A DNA stretch of 64,000 nucleotides. Source: Lachnospiraceae bacterium. GTDB lineage: Bacteria > Bacillota > Clostridia > Lachnospirales > Lachnospiraceae. The DNA lies in the NCBI GenBank assembly GCA_029227035.1, contig JAQXZD010000028.1, positions 79 to 64,078 on the forward strand, read 5' to 3'. The notes under the pieces are model-generated. The model ran no database searches, was not told the origin of the DNA, and saw only the letters and a program-made list of their open reading frames with translations. Position numbers and translations under genes: made by a program. Below are positions 47,358-58,715 of the stretch, one piece after another (position 1 is the first letter of the stretch; the number at the start of each line of letters is the position of its first letter).

Positions 47358-49643
47358 ATGAAATTATATGAGAACGGTGCATATCTGCTGAATGGCAGAG
47401 ATGTCATTATCGATTCCCCGGAGGCATCCGCGGAGATAACTGCGAAGACAGGAAAAAGCATTACATCCGAAGATGCTAAAAAAGAGACCATTGCTTATGG
47501 CATTTTAAGCAACCATAATACATCCGGTAATATGGAGAAGCTTCAGATTAAGTTTGATAAGCTGACTTCCCATGATATTACGTTTGTGGGAATTATTCAG
47601 ACAGCAAGAGCATCGGGGCTTGAAAAATTCCCGATTCCTTATGTGCTTACAAACTGTCACAACAGTCTGTGTGCGGTAGGCGGAACCATCAACGAAGATG
47701 ACCACATGTTTGGACTGACCTGTGCTAAGAAGTACGGTGGAATGTATGTTCCGCCTCATCAGGCAGTTATTCATCAGTTTGCAAGGGAGATGCTTGCAGG
47801 CGGCGGAAAGATGATTCTGGGTTCCGATTCCCATACAAGATATGGAGCACTGGGAACAATGGCAGTCGGTGAAGGTGGTCCGGAGCTGGTTAAGCAGCTT
47901 TTGAATAAGACTTATGATATCGATATGCCGGGGGTGGTTGGAATTTATCTGACCGGAGAGCCAATGAAGGGTGTTGGTCCGCAGGATATCGCTCTGGCAA
48001 TTATCGGTGAAGTATTTGAAAACGGTTTTGTAAAGAACAAGGTTATGGAGTTTGTGGGACCGGGTGTCGCAAACCTGAGCGTGGATTACCGTATCGGTGT
48101 GGACGTTATGACAACGGAGACCACCTGTCTGTCTTCTATCTGGAGAACAGATGACAAGGTTAAGGAATTCTATGAGATTCATGGAAGAGAAGAGGATTAT
48201 GCGGAGTTAAATCCGGGTGAAGTGGCTTATTATGACAGCTTTATTGAGATTGATTTGAGCGAGATTAAGCCAATGATTGCCATGCCGTTCCATCCGAGTA
48301 ACACTTATACAATCGAGGAACTGAATGCAAACCTTATGGATATTCTGGATGACTGTGAGAAGCGTGCACAGGTTAGCTTCGACGGTAAGGTAGATCTGGA
48401 CTTAAAGAGTAAGGTCAGAAACGGAAAGCTTTACGTGGATCAGGGTATTATCGCAGGTTGTGCAGGCGGTGGATTTGAGAATATCTGTGATGCAGCGGAT
48501 ATCCTGAAGGGAACTTCCATCGGTGCGGATGAGTTTACTTTAAGCGTATATCCGGCTTCCACTCCGATTTATATGGAGCTGGTTAAGAATGGAGCGGTTG
48601 CCAACCTTCTTGCCACGGGAGCCATTGTCAAGACAGCTTTCTGCGGTCCGTGTTTCGGAGCCGGAGATACACCTGCCAATAATGCATTTTCCATCCGTCA
48701 TTCAACACGTAACTTCCCGAACCGTGAGGGCTCAAAGCTTCAGAACGGTCAGGTGGCTTCGGTTGCGCTTATGGATGCACGTTCCATCGCAGCAACGGCT
48801 GCCAACAAGGGATATCTGACAGCAGCAACGGATATAGATGTCAACTACAGTAAGCCAAAGTATTTCTTTGACAAGACTATTTATGAGAACCGCGTATTTG
48901 ACAGCAAGGGTGTTGCAGATCCGAGCGTTGAGATTCAGTTTGGACCAAACATTAAGGATTGGCCGGCAATGAGTGCGCTTCCGGAGAATCTGGTTCTGAA
49001 AGTGGTATCCGAGATTCATGATCCAGTCACCACAACGGATGAGCTGATTCTGTCCGGAGAGACATCTTCATTCCGTTCAAATCCGTTGGGACTGGCAGAG
49101 TTTGCACTTTCCAGAAAGGATCCGGAGTATGTCGGACGCGCAAAGGAAGTGCAGAAGGCACAGAAGGCCATCGAGGCAGACCAGTGTCCGGTTGAAGCAC
49201 TTCCGGAGATGAAGCCGGTTATGGATGCCATCAAGGCAAAATTCCCGGAGGCAGGACAGGGAAATATCGGTGTCGGAAGTACCATTTTTGCGGTAAAACC
49301 GGGAGATGGTTCTGCCCGTGAGCAGGCAGCTTCCTGCCAGAAGGTACTGGGCGGCTGGGCAAATATTGCCAATGAGTACGCAACCAAGAGATATCGTTCC
49401 AACCTGATTAACTGGGGTATGCTTCCATTCATCATTGATGAGGGAGAGCTTCCGTTTAAGAATCTGGATTATCTGTTCCTGCCGGGAATCCGCGCAGCAG
49501 TTGCCGAGGGAGCTACGGAATTTGAAGCGTATGTGGTTAAAGACGGGGAATTAAAGCCGTTTACACTTCGCATGGGAGAGCTTACTCCGGATGAGAAGGA
49601 TATTATCTTAAAGGGTTGCCTGATTAATTATTATCGTGGATAG
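47358..49643 (+). CDS. Aconitase-family hydratase (YbhJ-like)
   Basis: [36 protein letters not shown]. Confidence 0.92.
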   Translation: MKLYENGAYLLNGRDVIIDSPEASAEITAKTGKSITSEDAKKETIAYGILSNHNTSGNMEKLQIKFDKLTSHDITFVGIIQTARASGLEKFPIPYVLTNCHNSLCAVGGTINEDDHMFGLTCAKKYGGMYVPPHQAVIHQFAREMLAGGGKMILGSDSHTRYGALGTMAVGEGGPELVKQLLNKTYDIDMPGVVGIYLTGEPMKGVGPQDIALAIIGEVFENGFVKNKVMEFVGPGVANLSVDYRIGVDVMTTETTCLSSIWRTDDKVKEFYEIHGREEDYAELNPGEVAYYDSFIEIDLSEIKPMIAMPFHPSNTYTIEELNANLMDILDDCEKRAQVSFDGKVDLDLKSKVRNGKLYVDQGIIAGCAGGGFENICDAADILKGTSIGADEFTLSVYPASTPIYMELVKNGAVANLLATGAIVKTAFCGPCFGAGDTPANNAFSIRHSTRNFPNREGSKLQNGQVASVALMDARSIAATAANKGYLTAATDIDVNYSKPKYFFDKTIYENRVFDSKGVADPSVEIQFGPNIKDWPAMSALPENLVLKVVSEIHDPVTTTDELILSGETSSFRSNPLGLAEFALSRKDPEYVGRAKEVQKAQKAIEADQCPVEALPEMKPVMDAIKAKFPEAGQGNIGVGSTIFAVKPGDGSAREQAASCQKVLGGWANIANEYATKRYRSNLINWGMLPFIIDEGELPFKNLDYLFLPGIRAAVAEGATEFEAYVVKDGELKPFTLRMGELTPDEKDIILKGCLINYYRG

Positions 49644-49656
49644 GAGGTTCCCTTTT

Positions 49657-51018
49657 ATGAGTGATTCAGGAAATGACACTGTAAGAGATGAACTTTTAGA
49701 AAAAAAAGAGGCAAAAAAGCAGAACCGTTATCTGGCAAAAATCGGTCTGATGGTGTTTGTTACCTTTGCCTGCTGTATCTTGTTCTTTTTCATGCTTTTC
49801 CGGTTTAATGGATTTGCAAGCGGCTGGAAGATGATTACGCAGGCGGCACAGCCGATTATCATTGGACTGGTGCTTGCCTATCTGTTGAATCCGGTTATGA
49901 CGCTTTGTGAGAAATTTTTTTACAGGCATCTGAGTAAAAAGATGAAAAAGGAAGAAAAGGCAAAGAGAGTATCCAGACTTCTGGGAATTACCGGAGCAAT
50001 TCTCTTTTTGCTGATAGTCATCATTCTTTTGATTGCGGCAATTGTGCCGGCACTGGTCACGAGTATTTCCCGTCTGGTAGAGACTCTTCCGGGAAATATG
50101 GAAGATTTTATCAATTTGATTCAGAGCGGTAAGCTTGGCGATTTTGAAGTGACGGATACCATCGGAAACATGTTGACCAAGATTACGGACTGGGTTGAGA
50201 ACTGGTTCTCAAAGACCATGCTGCCGCAGGTGCAGAAATATCTTCTGCAGGTTACGACGGGCGTGATTTCCATGATCAAAACCATAGCGAATTTTGTGAT
50301 CGGTATTTTTGTTGCCTCCTATGTTCTTGTGATTAAGGAGCAATTGATCGGACAGAGCAAAAAGCTTGTCTTCGCAGTATTTAAGCCGAGACAGGGAAAT
50401 GTGATTGTTGAACTGGTGAGCAAAGCGGATGAGATTTTTGGTGGATTTATTATCGGAAAACTCATTGATTCTGCAATTATCGGATTGATTTGTTACATTG
50501 GCTGCGTAATTATGCGGATTCCGGATTCGCTTCTGGTAGCGGTTATCGTGGGTGTGACCAACATTATTCCGGTATTCGGACCGTTTATCGGAGCGGTGCC
50601 TTCACTGCTTTTGGTAGTTATCCAGAGTCCGTGGCATGCGCTGTATCTGCTTGTGTTTATCATTCTGCTTCAGCAGGTGGACGGAAATATTATCGGACCG
50701 AAGATTCTTGGAAATTCCACGGGTTTGTCCACTTTCTGGGTAATGTTCTCGATTCTGATTGGCGGAGGTCTGTTCGGATTCTTTGGAATGCTTCTTGGAG
50801 TTCCGGTCTTTGCCATGATATATTACATTATCAGAAGACTGGTGAACTACGGTGTTTCAAAGAAAGCACTGCCATGTAAGACAGAAGAGTATGTGGAGAT
50901 GAGCGGTGTGGACATGAACACCGGTAAGCTCAGATATGAGAAGAAAAAGAAACACGCCACCATGAAACAGGAAATACATATTAAGGACAAGAAGAAGGAC
51001 AACGAAAAAGAAACGTAA
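49657..51018 (+). CDS. AI-2E (PerM) family transporter
   Basis: AYLLNP, IPVFGPFIG, QQVDGNIIGPKILG. Confidence 0.9.
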   Translation: MSDSGNDTVRDELLEKKEAKKQNRYLAKIGLMVFVTFACCILFFFMLFRFNGFASGWKMITQAAQPIIIGLVLAYLLNPVMTLCEKFFYRHLSKKMKKEEKAKRVSRLLGITGAILFLLIVIILLIAAIVPALVTSISRLVETLPGNMEDFINLIQSGKLGDFEVTDTIGNMLTKITDWVENWFSKTMLPQVQKYLLQVTTGVISMIKTIANFVIGIFVASYVLVIKEQLIGQSKKLVFAVFKPRQGNVIVELVSKADEIFGGFIIGKLIDSAIIGLICYIGCVIMRIPDSLLVAVIVGVTNIIPVFGPFIGAVPSLLLVVIQSPWHALYLLVFIILLQQVDGNIIGPKILGNSTGLSTFWVMFSILIGGGLFGFFGMLLGVPVFAMIYYIIRRLVNYGVSKKALPCKTEEYVEMSGVDMNTGKLRYEKKKKHATMKQEIHIKDKKKDNEKET

Positions 51019-51181
51019 TTCAGACGGCATCGGAGAGTGCAAAGACAGCATTTTCCGGTGCTCTTTTTTTTGACACTATATTCGCACTATGGTATACTAA
51101 AGTAAAACTATTTTTGATATTATTTTTGTTTGGATTTGGAATTTCGGGGTAGGGCAGAAAGGGATCGACGATTAGGAGACA

Positions 51182-53713
51182 ATGGATAAATACGAATATA
51201 ACTTGAAGCTGGATCAGATGAAATCCCTCTATGCAGAGGAGAAATATGAAGAAGCGGCAGAGATAGCGGATACCATCAACTGGAATAAAATTAAAAACGT
51301 AAATGCGTTGGTGAAGGCCGGCGAGATTTACGAGAAGACACAGCGGTACGAGGACAGCAGGGATGTTCTTCTGATGGCATATGACCGTTCTCCGATCGGC
51401 AGGATGATTATTTATCGTCTTGCCAAAGTTGCAGTGAAGATGGGGGATTTTCAGGGCGCACAGGATTATTACAATGAGTTTGTGGAGATAGCTCCGCATG
51501 ACACGTTAAAATATGTACTCCGCTATGATATCAGAAAGGCGCAGGGTGCGGATTACCCGGAGCTGATATCGATATTGGAAGAGTTGAAGGATCAGGAATA
51601 TACAGAGGAATGGGCTTATGAGCTGGCTTATCTGTATCACAAGGCGGGAATGAGCGAGAAGTGTATCGATGCCTGTGATGAGTTGATTCTCTGGTTCGGC
51701 GACGGTGCTTATGTAGAGCGGGCGCTGGAATTAAAGATGCTGTATCAGCCGCTGACCAAGCCGCAGGAGGAAAAATACCGTTCTTTCCGGCAGGCAAAGG
51801 ATTCCAAGGCGGGTGTTACGCATATTGATATCGAAGAGATGGTTCGTGCAGGGGAGTATGTGCATGAGCCGGTTACCATCCCGAAGGTGGATGTCAATAC
51901 GGAACGCTTTAATACCGTTAATCTGCAGGAAGAGATTGCCAAAGGCATGCAGCAGATTATCGATGCGAAGGAAAAAGAGACCGTCATGGATACGATGGAT
52001 AGTATCAACCGGATGGTGGAGGATATTCCGTATCTGAAGATACCGAAGAATGAGGAGCAGTCTGAGATGGGGGATGCCCATATTGAGACGGATGAAGAGA
52101 TTGATGGCTCCCTTAAGATCAATTTCCAGGAAATGCTGGGAGAAGATTCGGACGGTCAGATGAGCCTGATGACCAATGATAAGGCACAGATTGAGCATCA
52201 GATTACAGGTCAGATTACCATCGAAGAGGTACTGGAAGAATGGGAGAAGACCAAGCGTGCGGCAGAGGCGGCGCTGGAAGATGCAAAACAGAGAAAGCTT
52301 GAGTCCGCAAAGGCAAGGGCATTGCAACAGGCCGGGGATATCATGGACCGGCTGACCGGTGCACTTCCGAAGCTGGATGCCGGAATGACACCGCGGGAGC
52401 TTCTGGAAGAAGAATATCTGCAGGAGGATAAGTCGGAGGAGCCAAAGCCAGTCCTGCAAGAGACAGAGATTCCACAGGAAGAAGCGGAAGCACCGGTAGA
52501 GGAAGAGGCTTTGCAGGAAGAGATATTGCCGGAGGTAGAAACAGAGCCGGAAGAAATTCTGCAAGAGGCAGAAGATTTGCCGGTAAGTGACGAAGCAGAA
52601 GCCGAAGAAAATGAGGAAAAAGCAGAAAGTGAAATCTGGCCGGAAGGCATGACGTTAGAAGAAATGATTGCAGCACAGAATGCGGAAGCTGCAGGGGTAA
52701 TACAGGAAGAAGAGAGTGATAACGTGGAAGAGGAAAGTGCCCGGAAAGAGCGGGAGGACTTTGAGGAAGTCCCGATAGAGGATCTTCCGGAGAAACCAAC
52801 ATTAGAAGAAGCAAGAGAAGAAGAATTTGCATTTGTCAGAAGACCGTCGCAGGAAAGTCCTTCCTGGAAAGCTAAGACTGTCCGGATACCGGATATCTCA
52901 GAACCGGAGGATCTGGGAGGAGATGAGAATATTCCTTCACAGAAACCGATTGTGGAGCTGACAGATGAGCAGAAAGCAATTTTTTCATATTTTATGCCGG
53001 TGAAGGGGATGGAAACCCAGTTGTGCAAAGCACTTACGGGAGCATCCGCGCATTTGCGAAAAAAGGAGTCGGCGGCATCCGGTAATCTGATTATTCAGGG
53101 AGGCCAGGGAAGCGGAAAGACCACTCTTGCCACAAGCATTATCAAGGTTTTGCAGCAGGAGACGGGACAGCTTGAAGGCAAGATTGGAAAAATACATGCG
53201 GAAGCATTGAATCAGAAGGACATTGCCGCGCTGATGGGAAAAGTATCCGGCGGCTGTCTGATTATTGAGCAGGCGGGCGAATTAAGTCATCAGTCGGTGG
53301 TTACCCTGTCGCTTTTGATGGCAGAGGATAGAAGCGGAATATTTGTGATTCTGGAGGATACCTCAAAAGGAATTAAGAAGCTGCTTTCGCAGGATGAGGG
53401 ATTCGCAAAGAAATTTACGGAGAAGATATCCGTACCTATTTTTACCAATGATGAGCTGGTATCTTTTGCCAGATCTTATTCCAGGGAACTGGGATATAAG
53501 ATTGATGACATGGCGGTACTTGCATTATATAATCGAATCAGCAATATCCAGAGGCTGGATCAGGCAACAACGCTGACGGAAGTGAAGGACATCGTGGATG
53601 AGGCAATTGAAAGGGAAGCGCATGGTGGATTGAAGAAGGCGATCAGTATTCTGACGGCGAGCCGGTATACGGATGATGATCGAATTGTTCTAAGAGAAAA
53701 AGATTTTGAATAG
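51182..53713 (+). CDS. TPR protein with acidic linker and C-terminal degenerate AAA+ domain
   Basis: N-terminal TPR-like helices; GGQGSGKTT Walker A; GGCLIIEQA altered Walker B. Confidence 0.8.
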   Translation: MDKYEYNLKLDQMKSLYAEEKYEEAAEIADTINWNKIKNVNALVKAGEIYEKTQRYEDSRDVLLMAYDRSPIGRMIIYRLAKVAVKMGDFQGAQDYYNEFVEIAPHDTLKYVLRYDIRKAQGADYPELISILEELKDQEYTEEWAYELAYLYHKAGMSEKCIDACDELILWFGDGAYVERALELKMLYQPLTKPQEEKYRSFRQAKDSKAGVTHIDIEEMVRAGEYVHEPVTIPKVDVNTERFNTVNLQEEIAKGMQQIIDAKEKETVMDTMDSINRMVEDIPYLKIPKNEEQSEMGDAHIETDEEIDGSLKINFQEMLGEDSDGQMSLMTNDKAQIEHQITGQITIEEVLEEWEKTKRAAEAALEDAKQRKLESAKARALQQAGDIMDRLTGALPKLDAGMTPRELLEEEYLQEDKSEEPKPVLQETEIPQEEAEAPVEEEALQEEILPEVETEPEEILQEAEDLPVSDEAEAEENEEKAESEIWPEGMTLEEMIAAQNAEAAGVIQEEESDNVEEESARKEREDFEEVPIEDLPEKPTLEEAREEEFAFVRRPSQESPSWKAKTVRIPDISEPEDLGGDENIPSQKPIVELTDEQKAIFSYFMPVKGMETQLCKALTGASAHLRKKESAASGNLIIQGGQGSGKTTLATSIIKVLQQETGQLEGKIGKIHAEALNQKDIAALMGKVSGGCLIIEQAGELSHQSVVTLSLLMAEDRSGIFVILEDTSKGIKKLLSQDEGFAKKFTEKISVPIFTNDELVSFARSYSRELGYKIDDMAVLALYNRISNIQRLDQATTLTEVKDIVDEAIEREAHGGLKKAISILTASRYTDDDRIVLREKDFE

Positions 53714-53731
53714 GATAAACAGTGCGGAGGG

Positions 53732-55642
53732 ATGCTTATGAATAATTTTACAGAAATGGATTGTTATCTGTTTGGACAGGCAACACATTATGATATTTAC
53801 CGTAAGATGGGGGCACACGTAATGACTGTTGAGGGCAGAGAGGGTGTCTGCTTTGACGTGTGGGCTCCGCATGCAGAAAAGGTGTATGTAATCGGAGAGT
53901 TTAACGACTGGAACGAAGAAGAGCACGAAATGAAGCGCGTAGAGCCGAAGACGATGGGTGTCTTCGAGTTGTTTGTTCCGGGCGTGAAGCTGGGGAGCAT
54001 GTACAAATTCCTGATTATTACACAAACCGGCAAGAAATTATACAAGGCAGATCCGTATGCAAATTATGCGCAGCTTCGTCCGGAGACAGCGTCAATTGTG
54101 ACGGATATCTCTCATTTTAAGTGGTCGGATGAGGCTTGGATGGAAGCGCGGGCAAAGCTGACGAAGGAGACGGTCTATGAGCAGCCGATGGCAATCTATG
54201 AGGTTCACCCGGGTTCCTGGATGCGCCATCCGGGACGGGATGACGATGGATTCTATACCTACCGTGAATTTGCAGATGCGCTGATTCCATATGTCAAAGA
54301 AATGGGGTATACCCATATTGAGCTGATGGGAATTTCGGAATATCCGTATGATGGCTCATGGGGATATCAGGTGACAGGTTATTACGCACCGACTTCGCGT
54401 TACGGAACCCCGGAGGATTTTGTATATCTGATCAATGCGTGCCACAGAAATAAAATCGGTGTGATTCTGGACTGGGTACCGGCGCATTTTCCGAGAGATG
54501 CACACGGAATTGCGGAATTCGACGGAACACCGACTTATGAATATGCGGATTCCCGTAAGGGCGAGCATCCGGATTGGGGAACCAAAATTTTTGACTACGG
54601 AAAAAATGAAGTAAAGAATTTCCTGATCGGAAGTGCCCTGATGTGGATAGAAAACTATCATGTTGACGGACTTCGTGTGGATGCGGTTGCCTCCATGCTG
54701 TATCTGGATTATGGAAAACAGGACGGACAGTGGGTGCCGAATATCTACGGCGGGAATAAAAACCTTGAAGCCATTGAATTTTTCAAGCATATCAACACCT
54801 TGATTTTGGGCAGAAATCCGGGCACGGTTATGATCGCGGAAGAGTCCACGGCATGGCCGCAGGTAACAGGCAGTGTAGAGAATGATGGTCTGAATTTCAG
54901 CTACAAGTGGAACATGGGATGGATGCATGATTTTCTGGATTATATGAAGCTGGATCCGTATTTCCGAAAGGATAATCATAACAAGATGACCTTTGCCATG
55001 AGTTATAATGAGAGTGAGAAGTACATTCTTGTTCTTTCCCATGATGAAGTGGTTCATCTGAAGTGTTCCATGATTAACAAAATGCCTGGACTTGAGGGAG
55101 ATAAATATAAGAATCTCATGGCCGGATATGCATTTATGATGGGACATTCCGGCAAAAAGCTGTTGTTCATGGGACAGGAGTTTGCGCAGGAGCGCGAATG
55201 GAGCGAGGAGCGGGAGCTTGACTGGTATTTATTGTCGGATCCGAAGCATAAGAAAATTCAGAACTGGGTAAAGGCTCTGCTTCATTTATACAGAAAGAAT
55301 CGTTGTCTGTATGAGCTGGACAGTAGCTGGAAGGGCTTTGAGTGGATCAATGCCAATGATAATGAGCGTAGCATTTTCAGTTTTGTCCGAAAGAGTAAGG
55401 ACGGGAAAAACAATCTGCTTTTTGTAATCAATTTTACGCCGGTTGCGCGTGAAGATTACAAGGTCGGAGTTCCGCTGAAAAAGACTTATAAGCTGGTATT
55501 AAACAGCGAAGATCCAATGTTTGACGGAACAGATGAGAACCGTCCGGTTTCCTATAAGGCAGTAAAGGATCAGTGTGATGGCAGGGACTATTCCATTTCC
55601 TATCCGCTTCCGCCGTTTGGAGTAGCAATTTTTAAATATTAG
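53732..55642 (+). CDS. glgB: 1,4-alpha-glucan branching enzyme
   Basis: VWAPHA, SWGYQVTGY, DWVPAHF, GLRVDAVASM, AEEST, LSHDEVVH. Confidence 0.97.
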   Translation: MLMNNFTEMDCYLFGQATHYDIYRKMGAHVMTVEGREGVCFDVWAPHAEKVYVIGEFNDWNEEEHEMKRVEPKTMGVFELFVPGVKLGSMYKFLIITQTGKKLYKADPYANYAQLRPETASIVTDISHFKWSDEAWMEARAKLTKETVYEQPMAIYEVHPGSWMRHPGRDDDGFYTYREFADALIPYVKEMGYTHIELMGISEYPYDGSWGYQVTGYYAPTSRYGTPEDFVYLINACHRNKIGVILDWVPAHFPRDAHGIAEFDGTPTYEYADSRKGEHPDWGTKIFDYGKNEVKNFLIGSALMWIENYHVDGLRVDAVASMLYLDYGKQDGQWVPNIYGGNKNLEAIEFFKHINTLILGRNPGTVMIAEESTAWPQVTGSVENDGLNFSYKWNMGWMHDFLDYMKLDPYFRKDNHNKMTFAMSYNESEKYILVLSHDEVVHLKCSMINKMPGLEGDKYKNLMAGYAFMMGHSGKKLLFMGQEFAQEREWSEERELDWYLLSDPKHKKIQNWVKALLHLYRKNRCLYELDSSWKGFEWINANDNERSIFSFVRKSKDGKNNLLFVINFTPVAREDYKVGVPLKKTYKLVLNSEDPMFDGTDENRPVSYKAVKDQCDGRDYSISYPLPPFGVAIFKY

Positions 55643-55649
55643 ATAAACA

Positions 55650-55697
55650 AAGCTGTACGGATTTATGGGCAATAAGGTTCATAAATTTGTACAGCTT
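55650..55697 (+). terminator. Terminator-like hairpin after glgB
   Basis: AAGCTGTACGGATTTATG...CATAAATTTGTACAGCTT. Confidence 0.7.
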
Positions 55698-55698
55698 C

Positions 55699-55727
55699 TT
55701 TAGTTTTGTGGATAAGTGTCCGATATA
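55699..55727 (+). promoter_or_regulatory. Putative sigma-28 (SigD/FliA) promoter
   Basis: TTTAG-N15-TCCGATATA upstream of the 988-aa gene. Confidence 0.5.
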
Positions 55728-55748
55728 ATGCATATGGAGGATTGACAT

Positions 55749-58715
55749 ATGCTGGTAGAACAGACGACAAACTTAATGGATGATATATCGACAAAGGCAA
55801 AAAAGAATCACAACAAAAGAGCAATGGCAGCATATCAGTCATTTATGCCGGAAAGTGATCCTTTATCTGCCAATAATGTGCGATTTGATAAGGCGGCGGG
55901 AGTATCGGATAAGGGGAGCATTGATATGGCGACCTACCCGAACCCGGCAAAGCAGGATAAGGAAACTGCAGTAGAGCAGTTGGAAAAAGAGCAGGGTACA
56001 ACAGAGAAGAACCGTAAGAACGAAATGGTGATTGTATCCAATACAACTTCTGCAGAGGACTATAAAAAGATGGAAGAGGACGGCTTTTCACTTGCCGATA
56101 TGGACAGCCGTACCATCATTACCGTGACGGACAAGATTAAGGCAGTCCTGGCAAAAGCGGGTGTGGACATCTCCCAATATGGGGATACGCTGACCAAGGA
56201 GCAATTGCAGGAGATTACCGGAAATCCGGCTGTAGCAAACTGTATAAGGCAGACCTTGGAGGCAAACGATCTGCCGGTAACGGATGCGAACATGGAGGAC
56301 AGTTTAAAGGCATTGGAGCAGGCGGTTTCTCTTCCGGAGGTCAGTGATGAGGCGAAGGCATACCTGATTAAGAATGAGATGGAGCCGAGTATCAGCAATG
56401 TCTATACGGCACAACACAGCGGAACGAATGAGGCGGTAATCAGCAGTGAGGAATCCAATATCGATTTTGATTCCCTTCAGCCGCAGATTGAAGAGATTAT
56501 TACGGAAGCCGAGCTGGAAGTGGATGAGGAGAATGTTGCCGGAAGTAAGTGGCTCATTGCAAACGATATTCCGCTTACGGGGGACAATCTTCAGTATTTT
56601 AAGGACTTGGGAACTCTTTCCGAGCAGATAAAAAATGATCAGGTTGACTGGAATCAGATTATCGATTCGATGGCAAAGGCAATTGCAGCCGGCAAACGTC
56701 CGCAGGATGCATCCATGATTACAGCCAGACGTCAGCTTGAAGAGACACGTCTTGCCATGACCATTCAGGGAAGCAAGGTTATGGAACGAAATGGTATTGA
56801 GGTGGATACACAGCCTCTTGAGGAGTTGGTGGAGAACCTTAAGGAGCAGGAAGTGTATTATCACGGACTGCTTGAAAGTGCCGGTATTGGCTCCAACTGG
56901 AAAAATGTCAATACCATGGCAAAAACCCTTGAGATTTTTGAGGATTTAAAGAAACAGCCGGCATATGTAATCGGTCAGATTGATGCGTCCGATAGTATTC
57001 AGACCATTCATGACAAAGGTAGTCAGCTTCAGCAGGAGCTTGACAAAGCGCGGCAGTCCTATGAGGCGTTAATGACAAGTCCGCGGAAGGATATGGGCGA
57101 CAGTATCCAGAAGGCTTTTGCAAATGTGAACGAAATTCTTACCGATATGAATATGGACATCACAGAGGGAAATCGCCGTGCGGTCCGTATTCTTGCATAT
57201 AACAATACCGAGATTACACCGGAAAATCTGACCACGATTAAGGGAATGGACGAAGAGATGCAGCGCGCTTTCCGTAACATGAATCCGGCGGTTACCATGG
57301 AGATGATTCGTAAAGGAGAGAATCCTCTTGATATGAGTATGGAGCAGTTGAATAAGGCTGTGGAAGAAATCAAGCAGGAGACCGGTAGCGAAGAACAGGA
57401 GCGTTTCAACAAGTTCCTGTGGAGAATGGAGCAGAATCATGAGATTTCGAAAGAGGAGCGGAGCTGCTATATCGGAATCTATCGTCTGATTGCACAGGTG
57501 GAGAAGACAGATGGAGCAGCACTTGGATTTCTTATGAATCAGGGAGCAGATATTACCATGCGAAATCTGCTGACAGCCGTTCGTTCCAGCAAAAAAGGAA
57601 ATACCATGGATTACCGGGTATCGGATGATTTTGAAGGAGTTCAGGCAAAGAGTGATACCCTGCGTATTGATGAACAGATAGAAGCCGGTTTTCAGCAGAA
57701 TTGTCTGCGCGATATTCTGGATCAGATTACACCGGAAAAACTGTCGCGTCTGGGAGAACCGCAGGTGGAGAATATGACACCGGAACAGCTTGCGGAAGCA
57801 TTGGCACAGATGGAAGAAACCGAACCGGAGCAGCAGCTTACAGAGAATTACAGACAGGAGCAGCTTTACATGTACCAGAAGGTACTTTCTGCACCGGAGG
57901 AGGTGTACTCTTATCTGGATCACTATGATATACCGAACAGTATGGCAAATGTGCTGGCAGCAAGTGAGATGCTCCGTAAGCCGAATCAGATGATGAATCT
58001 TCTCTGGAAGCAGAATGGGTACTCTACAGAGTCCAGAAAAATGATTAAGCAGATGAAGGAGAAGGTTTTAGAGAATTTCGGGGAAGCAGCACAGAATCCG
58101 GAAGCACTGGCAGATGCACAGGAGGAGCTTGCGGATGTTGCAGAGAAAGTAATGGACACGATGATCACGGAGAACCCGGAGATCAGCACACTGGATATCC
58201 GGGCCATGCGTCAGATGACCGCACAGTTTTCCATCTGTGCAAGGCAGGCAAGAGAAGAGTGCTATATGGTTCCGGTGCAGATTGGAGAGTCTGTCACTGG
58301 AGTATCTCTTAAGGTGGTACGAGGCAAGGAGGAAAAGGGTGTTGTGGATATTCTCTTTGACGGAGGACGCGTAGGAAGAATCGCGGCATCTTTCCAGGCA
58401 AAAGATGACATGATAACCGGTCTGGTTGCAGCCAGCAGCAGTACAACGGAACAACTTCTCTCTTATTGCAAGGATGAGATTGCGGAACTTATTGCAGAAG
58501 GTGTGGACGGAAGAGAAGAAATTGTGGATCTTCGCGTAGTCCATGCGCCGGATTTATCGCTTTCCCACTATGAGATGGCAGAGATTGGAAGAGAACAGAA
58601 AATGAGACAAAACGGAGAGTTGGCAGAAGATGCTTCCAATACGGTACAGACCAGCCGCCTGTACCATATTGCAGAGTGTTTCATTCAGTCGCTTCAGGTA
58701 ATTGGGGATCAGTAA
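55749..58715 (+). CDS. Large helical protein (DUF6240-like, possibly flagellum-associated)
   Basis: 988-aa ORF; RQLEETRLAMT, YEALMTSPRKDMGDSIQKAF, YIGIYRL motifs recalled from Lachnospiraceae DUF6240 proteins. Confidence 0.7.
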   Translation: MLVEQTTNLMDDISTKAKKNHNKRAMAAYQSFMPESDPLSANNVRFDKAAGVSDKGSIDMATYPNPAKQDKETAVEQLEKEQGTTEKNRKNEMVIVSNTTSAEDYKKMEEDGFSLADMDSRTIITVTDKIKAVLAKAGVDISQYGDTLTKEQLQEITGNPAVANCIRQTLEANDLPVTDANMEDSLKALEQAVSLPEVSDEAKAYLIKNEMEPSISNVYTAQHSGTNEAVISSEESNIDFDSLQPQIEEIITEAELEVDEENVAGSKWLIANDIPLTGDNLQYFKDLGTLSEQIKNDQVDWNQIIDSMAKAIAAGKRPQDASMITARRQLEETRLAMTIQGSKVMERNGIEVDTQPLEELVENLKEQEVYYHGLLESAGIGSNWKNVNTMAKTLEIFEDLKKQPAYVIGQIDASDSIQTIHDKGSQLQQELDKARQSYEALMTSPRKDMGDSIQKAFANVNEILTDMNMDITEGNRRAVRILAYNNTEITPENLTTIKGMDEEMQRAFRNMNPAVTMEMIRKGENPLDMSMEQLNKAVEEIKQETGSEEQERFNKFLWRMEQNHEISKEERSCYIGIYRLIAQVEKTDGAALGFLMNQGADITMRNLLTAVRSSKKGNTMDYRVSDDFEGVQAKSDTLRIDEQIEAGFQQNCLRDILDQITPEKLSRLGEPQVENMTPEQLAEALAQMEETEPEQQLTENYRQEQLYMYQKVLSAPEEVYSYLDHYDIPNSMANVLAASEMLRKPNQMMNLLWKQNGYSTESRKMIKQMKEKVLENFGEAAQNPEALADAQEELADVAEKVMDTMITENPEISTLDIRAMRQMTAQFSICARQAREECYMVPVQIGESVTGVSLKVVRGKEEKGVVDILFDGGRVGRIAASFQAKDDMITGLVAASSSTTEQLLSYCKDEIAELIAEGVDGREEIVDLRVVHAPDLSLSHYEMAEIGREQKMRQNGELAEDASNTVQTSRLYHIAECFIQSLQVIGDQ

